Positions 38,802-48,941 of a DNA stretch of 64,000 nt are shown piece by piece (within the stretch, counting starts at the first letter, position 1; each line of letters opens with the position of its first letter). Location: positions 62,001 through 126,000 of IMG/VR virus record IMGVR_UViG_3300017963_000190. One strand, written 5' to 3'. The position numbers and the translations under genes are program-made. Under the pieces are notes generated by a model. It was given only the letters and a program-made list of their open reading frames with translations, was not told the origin of the DNA and did not search any database.

Positions 38802-39863
38802 CTATAGAAGGAACCAGTTAGAGGCGCCGTCACTTTGTACCATCAGAACAGCGTACTGTATTGCCAATGGTCTCGTCGCTATACCATCGATGGAGTCTGC
38901 TCCAGATGCAGCAAGCGTAACCGCTCCTACACCAGCATCCACTTTTTTCACGACTACCACTCTTCCAGCATTTGACGCCGCAGCAGGAAGCGTGACCTGG
39001 ATTCCTCCTGCCCCACCAGTACCAAAGACACTAAGAATTCCGTCGGTGTCTGTGATGATTAAATTTGACGCGGTAGAAGAAGTCGGCAGAGCTAGTCCAC
39101 CCACTACTTCCGCTATTCCAGTACGTAGCCTTAGCCGTGGCGCCCCCGACGTTTGGAGGATCATCTCCTCCGTAGAGTTGCTGTACTGGACAGACCCCCT
39201 TATTTGGGCATCTACATCCCCTAGGTCTAGGGCAGCAATATTTGCGTTATCCGAGACGATGGCCACACGCGCATCGTCCCCGGTGGTTGTATTTTGGAAT
39301 GCCGCTACAGTGCGACCGCTAAGAGCTGGTGTACCAGCTACGCCATTCCTTACTACGTGAAGGGGCACTTGTGGGTTAGTAGTCCAGATACCCACCTCGC
39401 CTGTATTGAAAACGAAATTGGTATTGGCATCATCTACGCGCATCCATGTACCGTTGGTTGCACCGTTGATATCTCCCAAGTCCACGGTGCTTACAGAAGC
39501 ATCCAAGAAAAGGGCGGTCCCCGCATTGGATCCTACTCGAAACAGGCTGCTTCCAATCGGCACCGAGGCATCGTAAACATTGACGCCGTTTCCAGCGCCC
39601 CCGGCGAGCTCAATGGTTCTGTTTCCAACTGGAGAGTTATCGTACGCACCCTGCAGCGAATCCGAGGATGCTGGAGGAATGGGATCTGTATCCTGCACCC
39701 CTAGCAGGCCCTTCTTCACCATACGTCCAGTGCCTGGTGTGTTGAGAACCGCGTCGTACTCGACAAACTCCAAGCTTAGTTCCTGGCCTTGGCGCAGAAT
39801 TTTGTTCACTGGTGAGGGTACAGCAAGTTTCTGCGAGGTGAGGTTTTTTACTATTACTGACAT
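38802..39863 (-). CDS. Fibre-like virion protein
   Basis: Start MSVIVKNLT; SLQGAYD, VGIWTTNP..PLHV, TLPAA...GR....KK...SDGASNW fibre motifs. Confidence 0.65.
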   Translation of the reverse strand: MSVIVKNLTSQKLAVPSPVNKILRQGQELSLEFVEYDAVLNTPGTGRMVKKGLLGVQDTDPIPPASSDSLQGAYDNSPVGNRTIELAGGAGNGVNVYDASVPIGSSLFRVGSNAGTALFLDASVSTVDLGDINGATNGTWMRVDDANTNFVFNTGEVGIWTTNPQVPLHVVRNGVAGTPALSGRTVAAFQNTTTGDDARVAIVSDNANIAALDLGDVDAQIRGSVQYSNSTEEMILQTSGAPRLRLRTGIAEVVGGLALPTSSTASNLIITDTDGILSVFGTGGAGGIQVTLPAAASNAGRVVVVKKVDAGVGAVTLAASGADSIDGIATRPLAIQYAVLMVQSDGASNWFLL

Positions 39864-39873
39864 GTTCGCTCCT

Positions 39874-40761
39874 TTACCCGAGGATTTTCTGCGCCACTTT
39901 GATTCCGTGTTCTCTGCGTTCACGAATAAGCTCAGGATCGAAATTCAGAGATCCCCCAGCTAGTACGTGCTCAGGAACGAATAGTCTGAGATCAATCTTT
40001 CTTTTCCCCTTTGCAGATGGGTGTCCAGCTTCCACGAGTTTGTTGATTGCTTCCGCATACTGCACATCACGCAAGTAGATTTCGCTAGACATTAAGTCTA
40101 CGCAACGCATTCCTACATGATACGCATTCCGTTTTGTGCCCAACCAATTGTCGTGTGGATCCTGCTCGGACGTTACAGCAGGTCCAGTGAGGATAATGTC
40201 TATAGCATCGCATCCATATTGAATGGCACTCTTGAGCGGGGTTACGCAACGATAGCCACCGTCCATCCAGAGGTCATCATTAATCCACATGCCTAGTAGA
40301 AATGGCTCCAAGGCACTGCTGGCTGCTATCCATTTCCAAAGGTCTGGTGTGTCTTGCGCAGCTTCATAGTACTGCCCTTTCCCGTACGAGCAGCAGCCAA
40401 TTCTTATTTCTCTTCCAGATGCACATGCGTCGATGTCTTTCACGTGCGTTTCGATGATATTCTGAAGTGGAGAGGAATTGTAAAAGGCGTCTTTGCTGAT
40501 TAAACCAGCTAGCTTTCCCCAGATCCACCTTTTGTAGATATCTTTGTCGCCTTTGATGTCCAGCCAAATCTTGTCTAATGCTTCCACCGCTCTGTCGAGC
40601 TGTCCAATAGGGTACTGAGAAATCATTCCGGCTTGCAGTGCACCTACGCTCACACCTGAAACAAATTCGTAGTCTTCTCCTGTTTTTGCAAGTTCCACTA
40701 ATACTCCGAGAGTGAATGCCCCCTTCGAGCCACCTCCCGACATTACTAGTCCACGTTTCAT
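39874..40761 (-). CDS. Patatin-like phospholipase
   Basis: GGGSKG oxyanion loop, GVSVG nucleophile, DGG. Confidence 0.92.
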   Translation of the reverse strand: MKRGLVMSGGGSKGAFTLGVLVELAKTGEDYEFVSGVSVGALQAGMISQYPIGQLDRAVEALDKIWLDIKGDKDIYKRWIWGKLAGLISKDAFYNSSPLQNIIETHVKDIDACASGREIRIGCCSYGKGQYYEAAQDTPDLWKWIAASSALEPFLLGMWINDDLWMDGGYRCVTPLKSAIQYGCDAIDIILTGPAVTSEQDPHDNWLGTKRNAYHVGMRCVDLMSSEIYLRDVQYAEAINKLVEAGHPSAKGKRKIDLRLFVPEHVLAGGSLNFDPELIRERREHGIKVAQKILG

Positions 40762-40764
40762 ATT

Positions 40765-41763
40765 TTACACAGCTCCGTTGCTTGTGGCGCTCCATCTGAA
40801 AAGCATGGCCAGCGCATTTATTTCCACAGCACTTGCGGGGCTCTTTGTTTTGCTCACTTCCATCCCTAGCTTCCAGTGGCGAGACATCCACTCTACTAGG
40901 TAGGCGTCTATCTCAAATATTCCCCTTGGGGAGCCTAGATTTACGTTTCTCACTAGATAAATTGGGTCTGGCGCGACAAGCAAGAGAACAATCCTTTTGT
41001 CGTATAGGTTTAAGCTTGAATCATCTGTGTATACTTTAATCTCTTCTGTTTTCTCATTCACCACCCACGGACCGCTGTTATCTGGTATAGGCACAGCCGC
41101 TGATAGGTCCACGTCGTAGTCTCCATTACCAGCAGCCGGAATTATTATATATCCGTCCACCAAGGTGCAGTTGCCTGTTCCGCCTGGGTTCGGTGTTATT
41201 GATGTAGCATTGAACCCAATGTAAATAGAAAAGTAATCTGTTCCGTCAAATTCTGCCACCGGGTTCCAGCTGAATTCCCCGTCGTGAATGTATACAGCTT
41301 CGGCGAATACTAGCTCCACAGTCTTCACGCCCGTTTCTGATGCATCATATGTAATGCGCGCTGAGGTGCCTTCGCCTCTGGCTATGGGGTCTAAAACGTC
41401 CCCTTTTGAGGTGTACCACGTGTAAGAGTGTAGAGGGGCGGGGGTCGGAACGATGACCTGTTTGCCATCTTGCTCAAAAACCGCGTTTTTGATCTCAACA
41501 GGAGTAAGCGGGAGGTCGTAAACAGGAGGAACATCGATGTTGCTGTAGTCATCGATATGCGTTCCATCACCGCTGGTCTTCCTGCTGTACCAATCCGGAT
41601 TACCCCATTTACCTGCTCGATACTTGGTAATCAGCCCATCTGGGGCACCTACGATGCGCTCTGTTGCCGTTGGATCGAAATCGGTTTGGTATGTAGCCAG
41701 AGATATATCTGTGGAGCTGAGTCCCAGCACGTCCCCGTTTGTGTTTAGGAAAGCGTAAGGCAT
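40765..41763 (-). CDS. Virion structural protein (hypothetical)
   Basis: 332 aa, acidic and beta-rich, within the fibre operon. Confidence 0.55.
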   Translation of the reverse strand: MPYAFLNTNGDVLGLSSTDISLATYQTDFDPTATERIVGAPDGLITKYRAGKWGNPDWYSRKTSGDGTHIDDYSNIDVPPVYDLPLTPVEIKNAVFEQDGKQVIVPTPAPLHSYTWYTSKGDVLDPIARGEGTSARITYDASETGVKTVELVFAEAVYIHDGEFSWNPVAEFDGTDYFSIYIGFNATSITPNPGGTGNCTLVDGYIIIPAAGNGDYDVDLSAAVPIPDNSGPWVVNEKTEEIKVYTDDSSLNLYDKRIVLLLVAPDPIYLVRNVNLGSPRGIFEIDAYLVEWMSRHWKLGMEVSKTKSPASAVEINALAMLFRWSATSNGAV

Positions 41764-41769
41764 TTGTCA

Positions 41770-43911
41770 TCATCTCCAGAAAGTTCCACTTAACGTGGCG
41801 TCTACCAGCACAACGCTTCCTGTGCAGGTGTCGTCTGGGTTTCCACCGGTGGCATCGCGGAAGACTTTAATCGCTTTTCTGTACCCCGGTAGCAGCGTGT
41901 ATATAGGTATGGAAAAAATAGTTGACGTTAAGGTATTGGCAGTAGCTGGTACAGTTATTACTTGTGATATAGTAGTATCTGTGATTGACCCATCAACCAA
42001 GTCACCGTCTTTTAGGTCTGTGTGCACTACCTCCAACTCAACGTTCCCTGCGCCACTGTCTGAATACCAACTTAAAGTGAGCTCAAGCTCGTTGGATGTG
42101 TCCAATCCTGTTGGAACTAGGATGAGTCCTCCCTTAGCGTCTACAGCATTGTTTGTGAATACAGCTGCTGTAGCATTAAGTGATATGTTGACAGATACGG
42201 GTATGTTTACGTTACCTGGGGTATTTCCAGTGATGGGATCCATCAGGTTTCTGTGCCAGGGTATTGTTCTTTCCTGTCTCGACCTTCCAGAGCGTAATGT
42301 CTGTCCATATGCATCAACGTAGGCACTATTAGGAAGTGCACGGGCCCACTCTGCTGTTGGAGGGCTTGTAATAGCAGCCACTACACGAAGACGAGCCCAG
42401 TACTTCGTGTACCCATTTAGGCTTTTTTGCTGCATGGCTTCTGCAGCTGCAGCAAAATTCATATGTTCATGGTCAGTAGCCCGTATAAATGCTGCTATTC
42501 CATATTGATTATAGGGCCATTCAGCTAGGTAGGACATTGTGCGGAACTGTACCCAAACAGCACCATCCCAGTACTCCCCTATGATTAATCCTGCTCCAGG
42601 TAGCATGGGGGAGGTTATTGCGTACTCTATTCCGGAGAACGGCTCATCTGCACCAAAATATGCGCAGTTGTTTATAGCACCGCCTTGTATCAGAGAGAAT
42701 GTGGATCCCGATTTTGATCTAGCTGCCTCTGTATTATCTACCCACGTGCCTATCTCTCCGCTGCTATTGGATAGTACTACCACCCCTTTGAAGTAAGGAG
42801 CTCCACGCCCAAGGAACGTAATTGCTGGATGATCTTTCGCCCCAACTGATAGCGAGCCTAGTATTGTTTGCCCGCGGTGTAGATCGTCTCTATTCAAGAT
42901 GGAGATCGCGTAGTTTTTGTACGCTCCTGGCAGCGATAGTTTGTCCTCGTCCGCTATCCCGGAGAAGTTGAAAACTCCATCTGTAGTAGAGGACAAATCG
43001 ATGTCCAACGAAGTGCTGCCGTGTATCTCGTAAGAGGAGCAGGAAAGCTCTGTGTCAGTGGTGCTGGATAGCATCCGCACCCCTGTTGTACAAAAGTCGC
43101 ATTCCCCAGCGGACGCTTCAACGGAACCATTGTTTGAGCTGTATAGTCCTATGGTACAATAGTTAGAATGGCTTCCTTTTACCTTCATTATGGAAGAAGC
43201 TTCTTCGCATCTATATCCATACCCGACCAAGGTTGTGACGTCTCCGCTAACTTGGCATCCTATAGCACTCAGCATACCACCGCCCTTACAATAAAAGGCG
43301 GTATCAATTGGGTTCGCGTTTGAGCTGTCTGCTGCGCATATATTACAGCTCAGAGACGCACCGCTAGCATCTACTAAGAAGCCAGTTTGGCAGTTCTTAA
43401 CGGAGCACCCGATTAATGTGGCAGTCTTGGAGGCCGTGACAAGCTGTACAGCAACTCCATTGACTCCGGTCACGCCAACGAATGCTAGACCATTAACAAG
43501 CTGCGCTCCACTAAGCGTTAGAAACGGTTGGTTCGTTAGCGTTGGTGTGAGAATGGTGGAACCAGCATAGCCAACTCCTATTAAGGACACATATTCTGGT
43601 AGAGTAAGTTCGTCCTCTGCGTATAGTCCAGGATACACTAAAATAGCTACAGGTGCCGACGCGCTTGGAGTTAGAGCAATCGCTGCGGTGATGCCAGCTC
43701 CCACTGTACTGTAGTCGGTACCGCTTTTGGCCACCAAAACCGTTCTTCCCGGATCGAATCCTCCAGACGCCCCAGGCAGCACAATTATGGAATTTCCATC
43801 AAAATACTTGAGCTTTGCATCGGTGGAATTGTACCACAAATCGCCAGCAGCGGGCGTAGACGGATCCGTTCCCAGTTCATCCAGGTAGAGACTATCGGTG
43901 CGTAGTGGCAT
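41770..43911 (-). CDS. Tail spike/fibre with a parallel beta-helix (pectin-lyase-like) domain
   Basis: P.AGDLWYN N-terminus; VAKSGTDYSTV..AI....ILVYPGLY.E beta-helix cap followed by Cys/Gly ladder repeats. Confidence 0.7.
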   Translation of the reverse strand: MPLRTDSLYLDELGTDPSTPAAGDLWYNSTDAKLKYFDGNSIIVLPGASGGFDPGRTVLVAKSGTDYSTVGAGITAAIALTPSASAPVAILVYPGLYAEDELTLPEYVSLIGVGYAGSTILTPTLTNQPFLTLSGAQLVNGLAFVGVTGVNGVAVQLVTASKTATLIGCSVKNCQTGFLVDASGASLSCNICAADSSNANPIDTAFYCKGGGMLSAIGCQVSGDVTTLVGYGYRCEEASSIMKVKGSHSNYCTIGLYSSNNGSVEASAGECDFCTTGVRMLSSTTDTELSCSSYEIHGSTSLDIDLSSTTDGVFNFSGIADEDKLSLPGAYKNYAISILNRDDLHRGQTILGSLSVGAKDHPAITFLGRGAPYFKGVVVLSNSSGEIGTWVDNTEAARSKSGSTFSLIQGGAINNCAYFGADEPFSGIEYAITSPMLPGAGLIIGEYWDGAVWVQFRTMSYLAEWPYNQYGIAAFIRATDHEHMNFAAAAEAMQQKSLNGYTKYWARLRVVAAITSPPTAEWARALPNSAYVDAYGQTLRSGRSRQERTIPWHRNLMDPITGNTPGNVNIPVSVNISLNATAAVFTNNAVDAKGGLILVPTGLDTSNELELTLSWYSDSGAGNVELEVVHTDLKDGDLVDGSITDTTISQVITVPATANTLTSTIFSIPIYTLLPGYRKAIKVFRDATGGNPDDTCTGSVVLVDATLSGTFWR

Positions 43912-43914
43912 CTT

Positions 43915-44763
43915 TTATGCCTCCCCGTAGGGAGCAGTAGTCCAGGTCACCTCTATGAGGCCGTTGATGTTGTTGGCTCCCATATTTATGGTAAACCCAG
44001 CTGTTGTCTTGCTCTCAGCTGAGGGGGTGAATTGGACGTGCACGCTAGTTACGCAGCACAATGTGATTGCGTAATTAGTGTTGGAGTAAGCGCTGGTAAA
44101 AGCTACGGATGCGGTTTTTGGGTTTCCACCAAATGACGCAAATGGGACCGCCCCGGCTTTCATGTTGGCGCCTGGGCCAGATCCGCCCCCTCCACCTGGA
44201 AGGTTTCCAAGTTGTGCCTTCTTCTTATTGAACCCGTCCGCGCTATCCTCGATTAAAACAACGTCCGCATTTACAGGAGCTACTTTTTCAGCAAACGAGT
44301 TGATGTCAGCTGCCGCCCGTTTGAGCTGCGCATCGTTTGTCACGTTTAGCAGGCCAACATCAGATTTTGTAACCACGTGGGGGTTTCCGGCTACAAGCCC
44401 ACGGTGGGTAGTATTTGCACTAACATCCGCGTTGGCAGATACTCTTCCTTCTGTGTAGTAAAGATTACCTGCTTCGGTTACGTCATCAGTGTCCAGATTT
44501 CCTGTATGAGACCCTCCGCCTATTGCATGCGTGGTTGCAACATCGTCGTACGCGTTAGCGTACGGAATAGGAGCTCCCCCAGGACCATCTATCCTTGTGA
44601 GGTTTCCTCCAGCTAGCGCAGCGTCCAAATTCGTGCTGCGTAGGATATCTTGTGGGTAAAAGGCTTCACACAGATCACGCTCCCCAGCAGCTGGTATCGT
44701 CAGCTTACGCAGGTCATTTACGGTTACTGCGCCGCCAGTTGTATTTCTGATCCAGAATGGCAT
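43915..44763 (-). CDS. Fibre-like virion protein
   Basis: TDDVTEAGNLYYT and NPHVVTKSDVGL.NV.N fibre motifs; small beta C-terminal domain. Confidence 0.65.
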   Translation of the reverse strand: MPFWIRNTTGGAVTVNDLRKLTIPAAGERDLCEAFYPQDILRSTNLDAALAGGNLTRIDGPGGAPIPYANAYDDVATTHAIGGGSHTGNLDTDDVTEAGNLYYTEGRVSANADVSANTTHRGLVAGNPHVVTKSDVGLLNVTNDAQLKRAAADINSFAEKVAPVNADVVLIEDSADGFNKKKAQLGNLPGGGGGSGPGANMKAGAVPFASFGGNPKTASVAFTSAYSNTNYAITLCCVTSVHVQFTPSAESKTTAGFTINMGANNINGLIEVTWTTAPYGEA

Positions 44764-46608
44764 TTACCCTCTCCAGGCTAGCCACAGTATAACTGCTACG
44801 TCCTGCGCCGCTGTTCCAGTCGAGTCCACTTCGATCCAGAGATTATCATTCTCGCTGAGATCGATGTTCGCGCTATTGTTTTTGTAGACGTTCGTAACCG
44901 CGTTAAAATTGAAAACCGATGCTCCATTGACGAGGATATCGAACCGCTTCGGATCCGGTCCGCTTCGCTGCCTGCAAGATATGCGGGTGATAGTAGCATC
45001 CTTCGGCATCAACACCCCTGTCCCTGTTCCAGCTACATCGATCCCATAACCTTTGAGGAGCTCTCCATCCCCGCTATCATGCCCCCACCCCAAGGCAAAC
45101 TCGTGTGCTGATAACCATTTTGTTCGAGCTCCGTCATAGACGTAAAGGATGCGCTCTCCTGCCGTATTGTCGTACCAAATCTGACCGTCGTATGGGGACC
45201 CTGGAGCAGCAGCACCGATTGTTCTTACGTCATCGATGGTCTCCATGGCAGTCTGAACTTCTGTGTCTGTAGCACTCAGAATGCCGTTGAAGTTTGTGGT
45301 ATCCAGGTCTAACACATCGGCCGGATGGCCACTTGTACTCAGGTCTCCAAGGGACGCGTGCGTGATCGGCACGAAGGATCCGGCTGGCAGATTGGTGATG
45401 GACCGGAAATCGGCTACATCTTGTATCTTGGCTTTCCTTGTACCGCCGAAAGAGGTGCTTGTTTGCAGAATTATTCTGTATAGAACCTTCATTTCTTGGA
45501 ACGGCAGCGTTCCGAAAGTGAAGTTTGGTAGTGTATTATTTTCTCTGGCGCCAGGAAGGTTATTGTCTTGGCGCTGCCCCTGTAAAGCTATGACAGGATT
45601 TTCTACGTGGTTGGTGGCGAAAAGCCAATAGGCAACATGGTAGCCATTTGTAGCCTCTGTCTGCTGCCAAGTGGCACCGGTATCCTCATTCCAGTTGACC
45701 ATCCCAGCCGCGGTGTTTTTGAAGTAGAATGTTGTGGCGGTGTCTTTCCTCCAATAACCTGAGGCACCCTCTCTGTAGTAAACAGGTATCTGTGCAGGGT
45801 CCGCTAGTATTTGCTCAAAGAACTGGGACGGGACCGCTGCGTGCTTGATGTCGATAGAGATATCCTCATCGTAGATGGTTCCATCGCTCACACCAATGGT
45901 GACATCATTATCATTGTCGCTGTTTAGCACATATCCAGATACGGTCAATCCATCAATGTAGCGGGTACCGTTCGCTCGGTGTAGATACAGGTGCGTGCGC
46001 CAATCCAGGGTTACTGTATGCCGTTCTTCTCCGAGCTCTCCTTCTGTAGTAGTAGTATTCCAGTGCACCGTGGCAATAGGTACATGGGTTTCCAGGTTCC
46101 AGGGGGTCAATGAATCCTGCAGCGCAGCCGCCGCATCGTAATAGATGAAGTGCAGTCCGTCTGTATTGGTTATTACCTTATTTTCCGACGCTAGTTTTGT
46201 TACCTGTGCGCCTTGGTAGTAATATGAGAAATTTGCGCCTACTGGGGCGATAGTGAAGGTTAGCGTTCCATCATCGAAGGAGATCGTCGTGTCAGTTTGG
46301 TTGAGGAATCCATGCGGGTCCCCGGTAACGTCTCCCAGTGTTTCCGTTACCCAATCCTCGTCTCCCTTAACTGCTTCCCAAGCGGCGCCACTGTATCTGT
46401 AGAGGGTTTGCTCATCACTACGCCAAAAGATCTCCCCAGTTGCAGGAGCTCCTGGAAAAGCGGCGCCACTTGGCGCGATAAGCTGCGTGGTGGTTTCTAG
46501 GTTGGCTACTTGGACGCTTTCGATGAGTACCCGATCACCAGAAACCAGGTCTAGTGCACGCCAGCCGCTTCCAGCAGAATTCGGTACTATGATGGTGTAG
46601 TCGGCCAT
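44764..46608 (-). CDS. Fibre-like virion protein
   Basis: Two P..G.I(F/W)....LY.Y.G..W modules; HASL..L motif. Confidence 0.65.
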   Translation of the reverse strand: MADYTIIVPNSAGSGWRALDLVSGDRVLIESVQVANLETTTQLIAPSGAAFPGAPATGEIFWRSDEQTLYRYSGAAWEAVKGDEDWVTETLGDVTGDPHGFLNQTDTTISFDDGTLTFTIAPVGANFSYYYQGAQVTKLASENKVITNTDGLHFIYYDAAAALQDSLTPWNLETHVPIATVHWNTTTTEGELGEERHTVTLDWRTHLYLHRANGTRYIDGLTVSGYVLNSDNDNDVTIGVSDGTIYDEDISIDIKHAAVPSQFFEQILADPAQIPVYYREGASGYWRKDTATTFYFKNTAAGMVNWNEDTGATWQQTEATNGYHVAYWLFATNHVENPVIALQGQRQDNNLPGARENNTLPNFTFGTLPFQEMKVLYRIILQTSTSFGGTRKAKIQDVADFRSITNLPAGSFVPITHASLGDLSTSGHPADVLDLDTTNFNGILSATDTEVQTAMETIDDVRTIGAAAPGSPYDGQIWYDNTAGERILYVYDGARTKWLSAHEFALGWGHDSGDGELLKGYGIDVAGTGTGVLMPKDATITRISCRQRSGPDPKRFDILVNGASVFNFNAVTNVYKNNSANIDLSENDNLWIEVDSTGTAAQDVAVILWLAWRG

Positions 46609-46617
46609 GATGGATAT

Positions 46618-48705
46618 CTACCGTTCAACAGGCTCTCCTGGCTGCAGTAGAATCACGCACCTTTGCACAGTAGCATAGTTGGTGGTATCGAGGATTATCC
46701 CAGCTTTCGTCTGGAAATCCTTGCTGCCATTAGCTGGAGGAACATTGGTGAACTGTCCGGTGTTGTTGTAGGACAGAAGCGCAGCATCTCCAGCGCTTAC
46801 TGCAAGCGCATTATCGAACTGGACCTCCACTTTTCCACCAATAATGATTTCTCCTACTACCCCAGCATAAACCCCAGCTATGGTTGCCGACGTAGAAGAT
46901 CCGGTTGCGCTTGATGCATCGGTTGGGGACACAGTGTTGTTCGCGCTCACATATGCAGCTTGGTACTGTGCCATAGCTGCTGTGGTAAGACCAGATAGGA
47001 GGAACGCGTTGGCAGCTGCGCCTCCGCTATGCGTGTGGTATGAATCTGCGTTGGAAGCTGGGCCACCAAAAACCGTGTCGACACCTGTGGCTGTCCACAG
47101 AGCCGTCGTGAGAGCCACACCACCGATAGAAAAGCCTGTTTGATCTGGAACGTCGAGAGTGGTGACGTTGGTTTGTAGATCCACCGTCCCAGCAGTAACG
47201 TTTAGGTTTGCTGAGCCGGTATTGATCGTCAGAACATTGTTGCCAGACGTGTCTATGGTTCCAGTGGAGTCAAATGACAGCGTGTCGTTAAGGTCAATAT
47301 TGCCTGAGCAGTCTATACCGTTTGCATCCACGGTAAGCGCAGCGCCCGTAACGTCCAGCCCAACAGTTGCATCCAGGTTTTTATTAACGGTAACCACCCC
47401 TGATCCATTTGGGGTGATCGTCAAATTGCCGTTATTGGTGGTCTGAATCAGACCGCCGTTGGGGAACACTAAATCCCCGTACATGGACACGGAGGCGTTG
47501 TCGTTGTCCAGCGTCATCCAGGTTGTAAACGCCTCGGCCAGATTCTTCGGGTCTGTTGGGTTTGCTTTGTACTCCAGATGAAAAAGCGTTCCACTGTTGT
47601 CGTTGCGTGCACGCCACGCCAGCTGGTCTGAACCGTCTGCTGATAGCCACACTGTTCCGGAGCTCTCTGAGGTAGTAGAGACGCTGTCTTCGTTGACTAC
47701 CCAAACATTGCTGTTCGTTCCGTCGGCGTTTAGATCGCCTGTGATGGTCGTGGCATCGACCGTAGTGGCATAGATCGCCCCCAGCCGATTGGCACCTGTG
47801 CCGAAGTCAAATCCTGTAGCCAGCACGTCGGATGTGATGTTAACCACACCACTGCCGTTCGGGCTGAGGTTCAGGTTCCCGTTATTGGTGGTTTGAATAG
47901 TTCCACCGTTGGTGAGGGTAAAGTTCCCTGCGGTGTCTATGTTGCCGGCGTTGTTGACGTTGAAGTTGGCAGTTGTAATAGAGAACTGTCCGTTGGCGGT
48001 TCCTGTGGTGTTGATATAAACGTTGTCGCCAACAGCTGGGCCAGTATCTGCACCTATTTTGATTGTGTTGCCGCCGTCGCCCAGGGTAATATCTCCGGTG
48101 TAGATCACAGCCCCCGCTATGGTCTCCCCGCCAGCGATCACGACGTCGCCTTCGGTATCTACGGAAAACAGATTTGATCCAACGCTGTTTTGTACCTGGA
48201 ATAGGATGGTATCTGCAGGCTCGCCTCCAGCAGCCTGTACTACGAGCTTTGGATTAGTACCAGCCGCCGCTTGGAAAGTCCACTGGCCTGAGATGGTCTC
48301 TGCAGCAGATTTATCTAAAAGGTTGGAGCTGAGAATTCCTTCGATGCTGTCGAATCCACCTAAGGTACTTCCTGCACCAGCTGATATATCAGCGCCCGCG
48401 CTAAATACCATGGTGGCAGAAAAGTCGGACGATACATCCACGTCCAGTGACCCACCAGTGATTTGGTGCGTTCCGGTGGCGCTTACTAAGAGGGACCCAC
48501 CTCCAGATAAACCAAAATCCCCACCTCCTGATACCGTAAGATCGTTGCCCGCGTTAACGTTGACCGCATCGGATACAGTAGCGCCGCCAATGGAGAGATC
48601 ACCTGTTCCAGGAGATATTATACCAACCTTCAGCGTATCAGTATCTGGAATCTCCAGCTTGCCGAGACCGGTTTCATCTATTGCTAGTGCGCGGCGATTT
48701 GCCAT
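46618..48705 (-). CDS. Fibre/decoration-like virion protein
   Basis: Gly/Thr/Asn-rich; duplicated NGG.IQTTNNGNL...PNGSGVV; shared C-terminal domain. Confidence 0.65.
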   Translation of the reverse strand: MANRRALAIDETGLGKLEIPDTDTLKVGIISPGTGDLSIGGATVSDAVNVNAGNDLTVSGGGDFGLSGGGSLLVSATGTHQITGGSLDVDVSSDFSATMVFSAGADISAGAGSTLGGFDSIEGILSSNLLDKSAAETISGQWTFQAAAGTNPKLVVQAAGGEPADTILFQVQNSVGSNLFSVDTEGDVVIAGGETIAGAVIYTGDITLGDGGNTIKIGADTGPAVGDNVYINTTGTANGQFSITTANFNVNNAGNIDTAGNFTLTNGGTIQTTNNGNLNLSPNGSGVVNITSDVLATGFDFGTGANRLGAIYATTVDATTITGDLNADGTNSNVWVVNEDSVSTTSESSGTVWLSADGSDQLAWRARNDNSGTLFHLEYKANPTDPKNLAEAFTTWMTLDNDNASVSMYGDLVFPNGGLIQTTNNGNLTITPNGSGVVTVNKNLDATVGLDVTGAALTVDANGIDCSGNIDLNDTLSFDSTGTIDTSGNNVLTINTGSANLNVTAGTVDLQTNVTTLDVPDQTGFSIGGVALTTALWTATGVDTVFGGPASNADSYHTHSGGAAANAFLLSGLTTAAMAQYQAAYVSANNTVSPTDASSATGSSTSATIAGVYAGVVGEIIIGGKVEVQFDNALAVSAGDAALLSYNNTGQFTNVPPANGSKDFQTKAGIILDTTNYATVQRCVILLQPGEPVER

Positions 48706-48722
48706 CTCTCACCTCTACATCT

Positions 48723-48941
48723 CTAGGAGATGATTTCCTCGTAAGACGGGATTTGGGCTTTGGTATCCCAATCGTATTCCCTGTGCCCTCGGATGCATTT
48801 TAGAACCCATGTTTCTGTGTCGGGTATCGTAAACACCTCGTCCGGGGCAAATTCGATTTCGAAGTTGACGGCACGCACTCGATACTTGTACTTGCCGCTA
48901 GCCATTGGCGGAGCTTTACCTATGTACTTGAACTGTGCCAT
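48723..48941 (-). CDS. Small hypothetical protein
   Basis: 72 aa; TAATG coupling to the upstream gene. Confidence 0.6.
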   Translation of the reverse strand: MAQFKYIGKAPPMASGKYKYRVRAVNFEIEFAPDEVFTIPDTETWVLKCIRGHREYDWDTKAQIPSYEEIIS

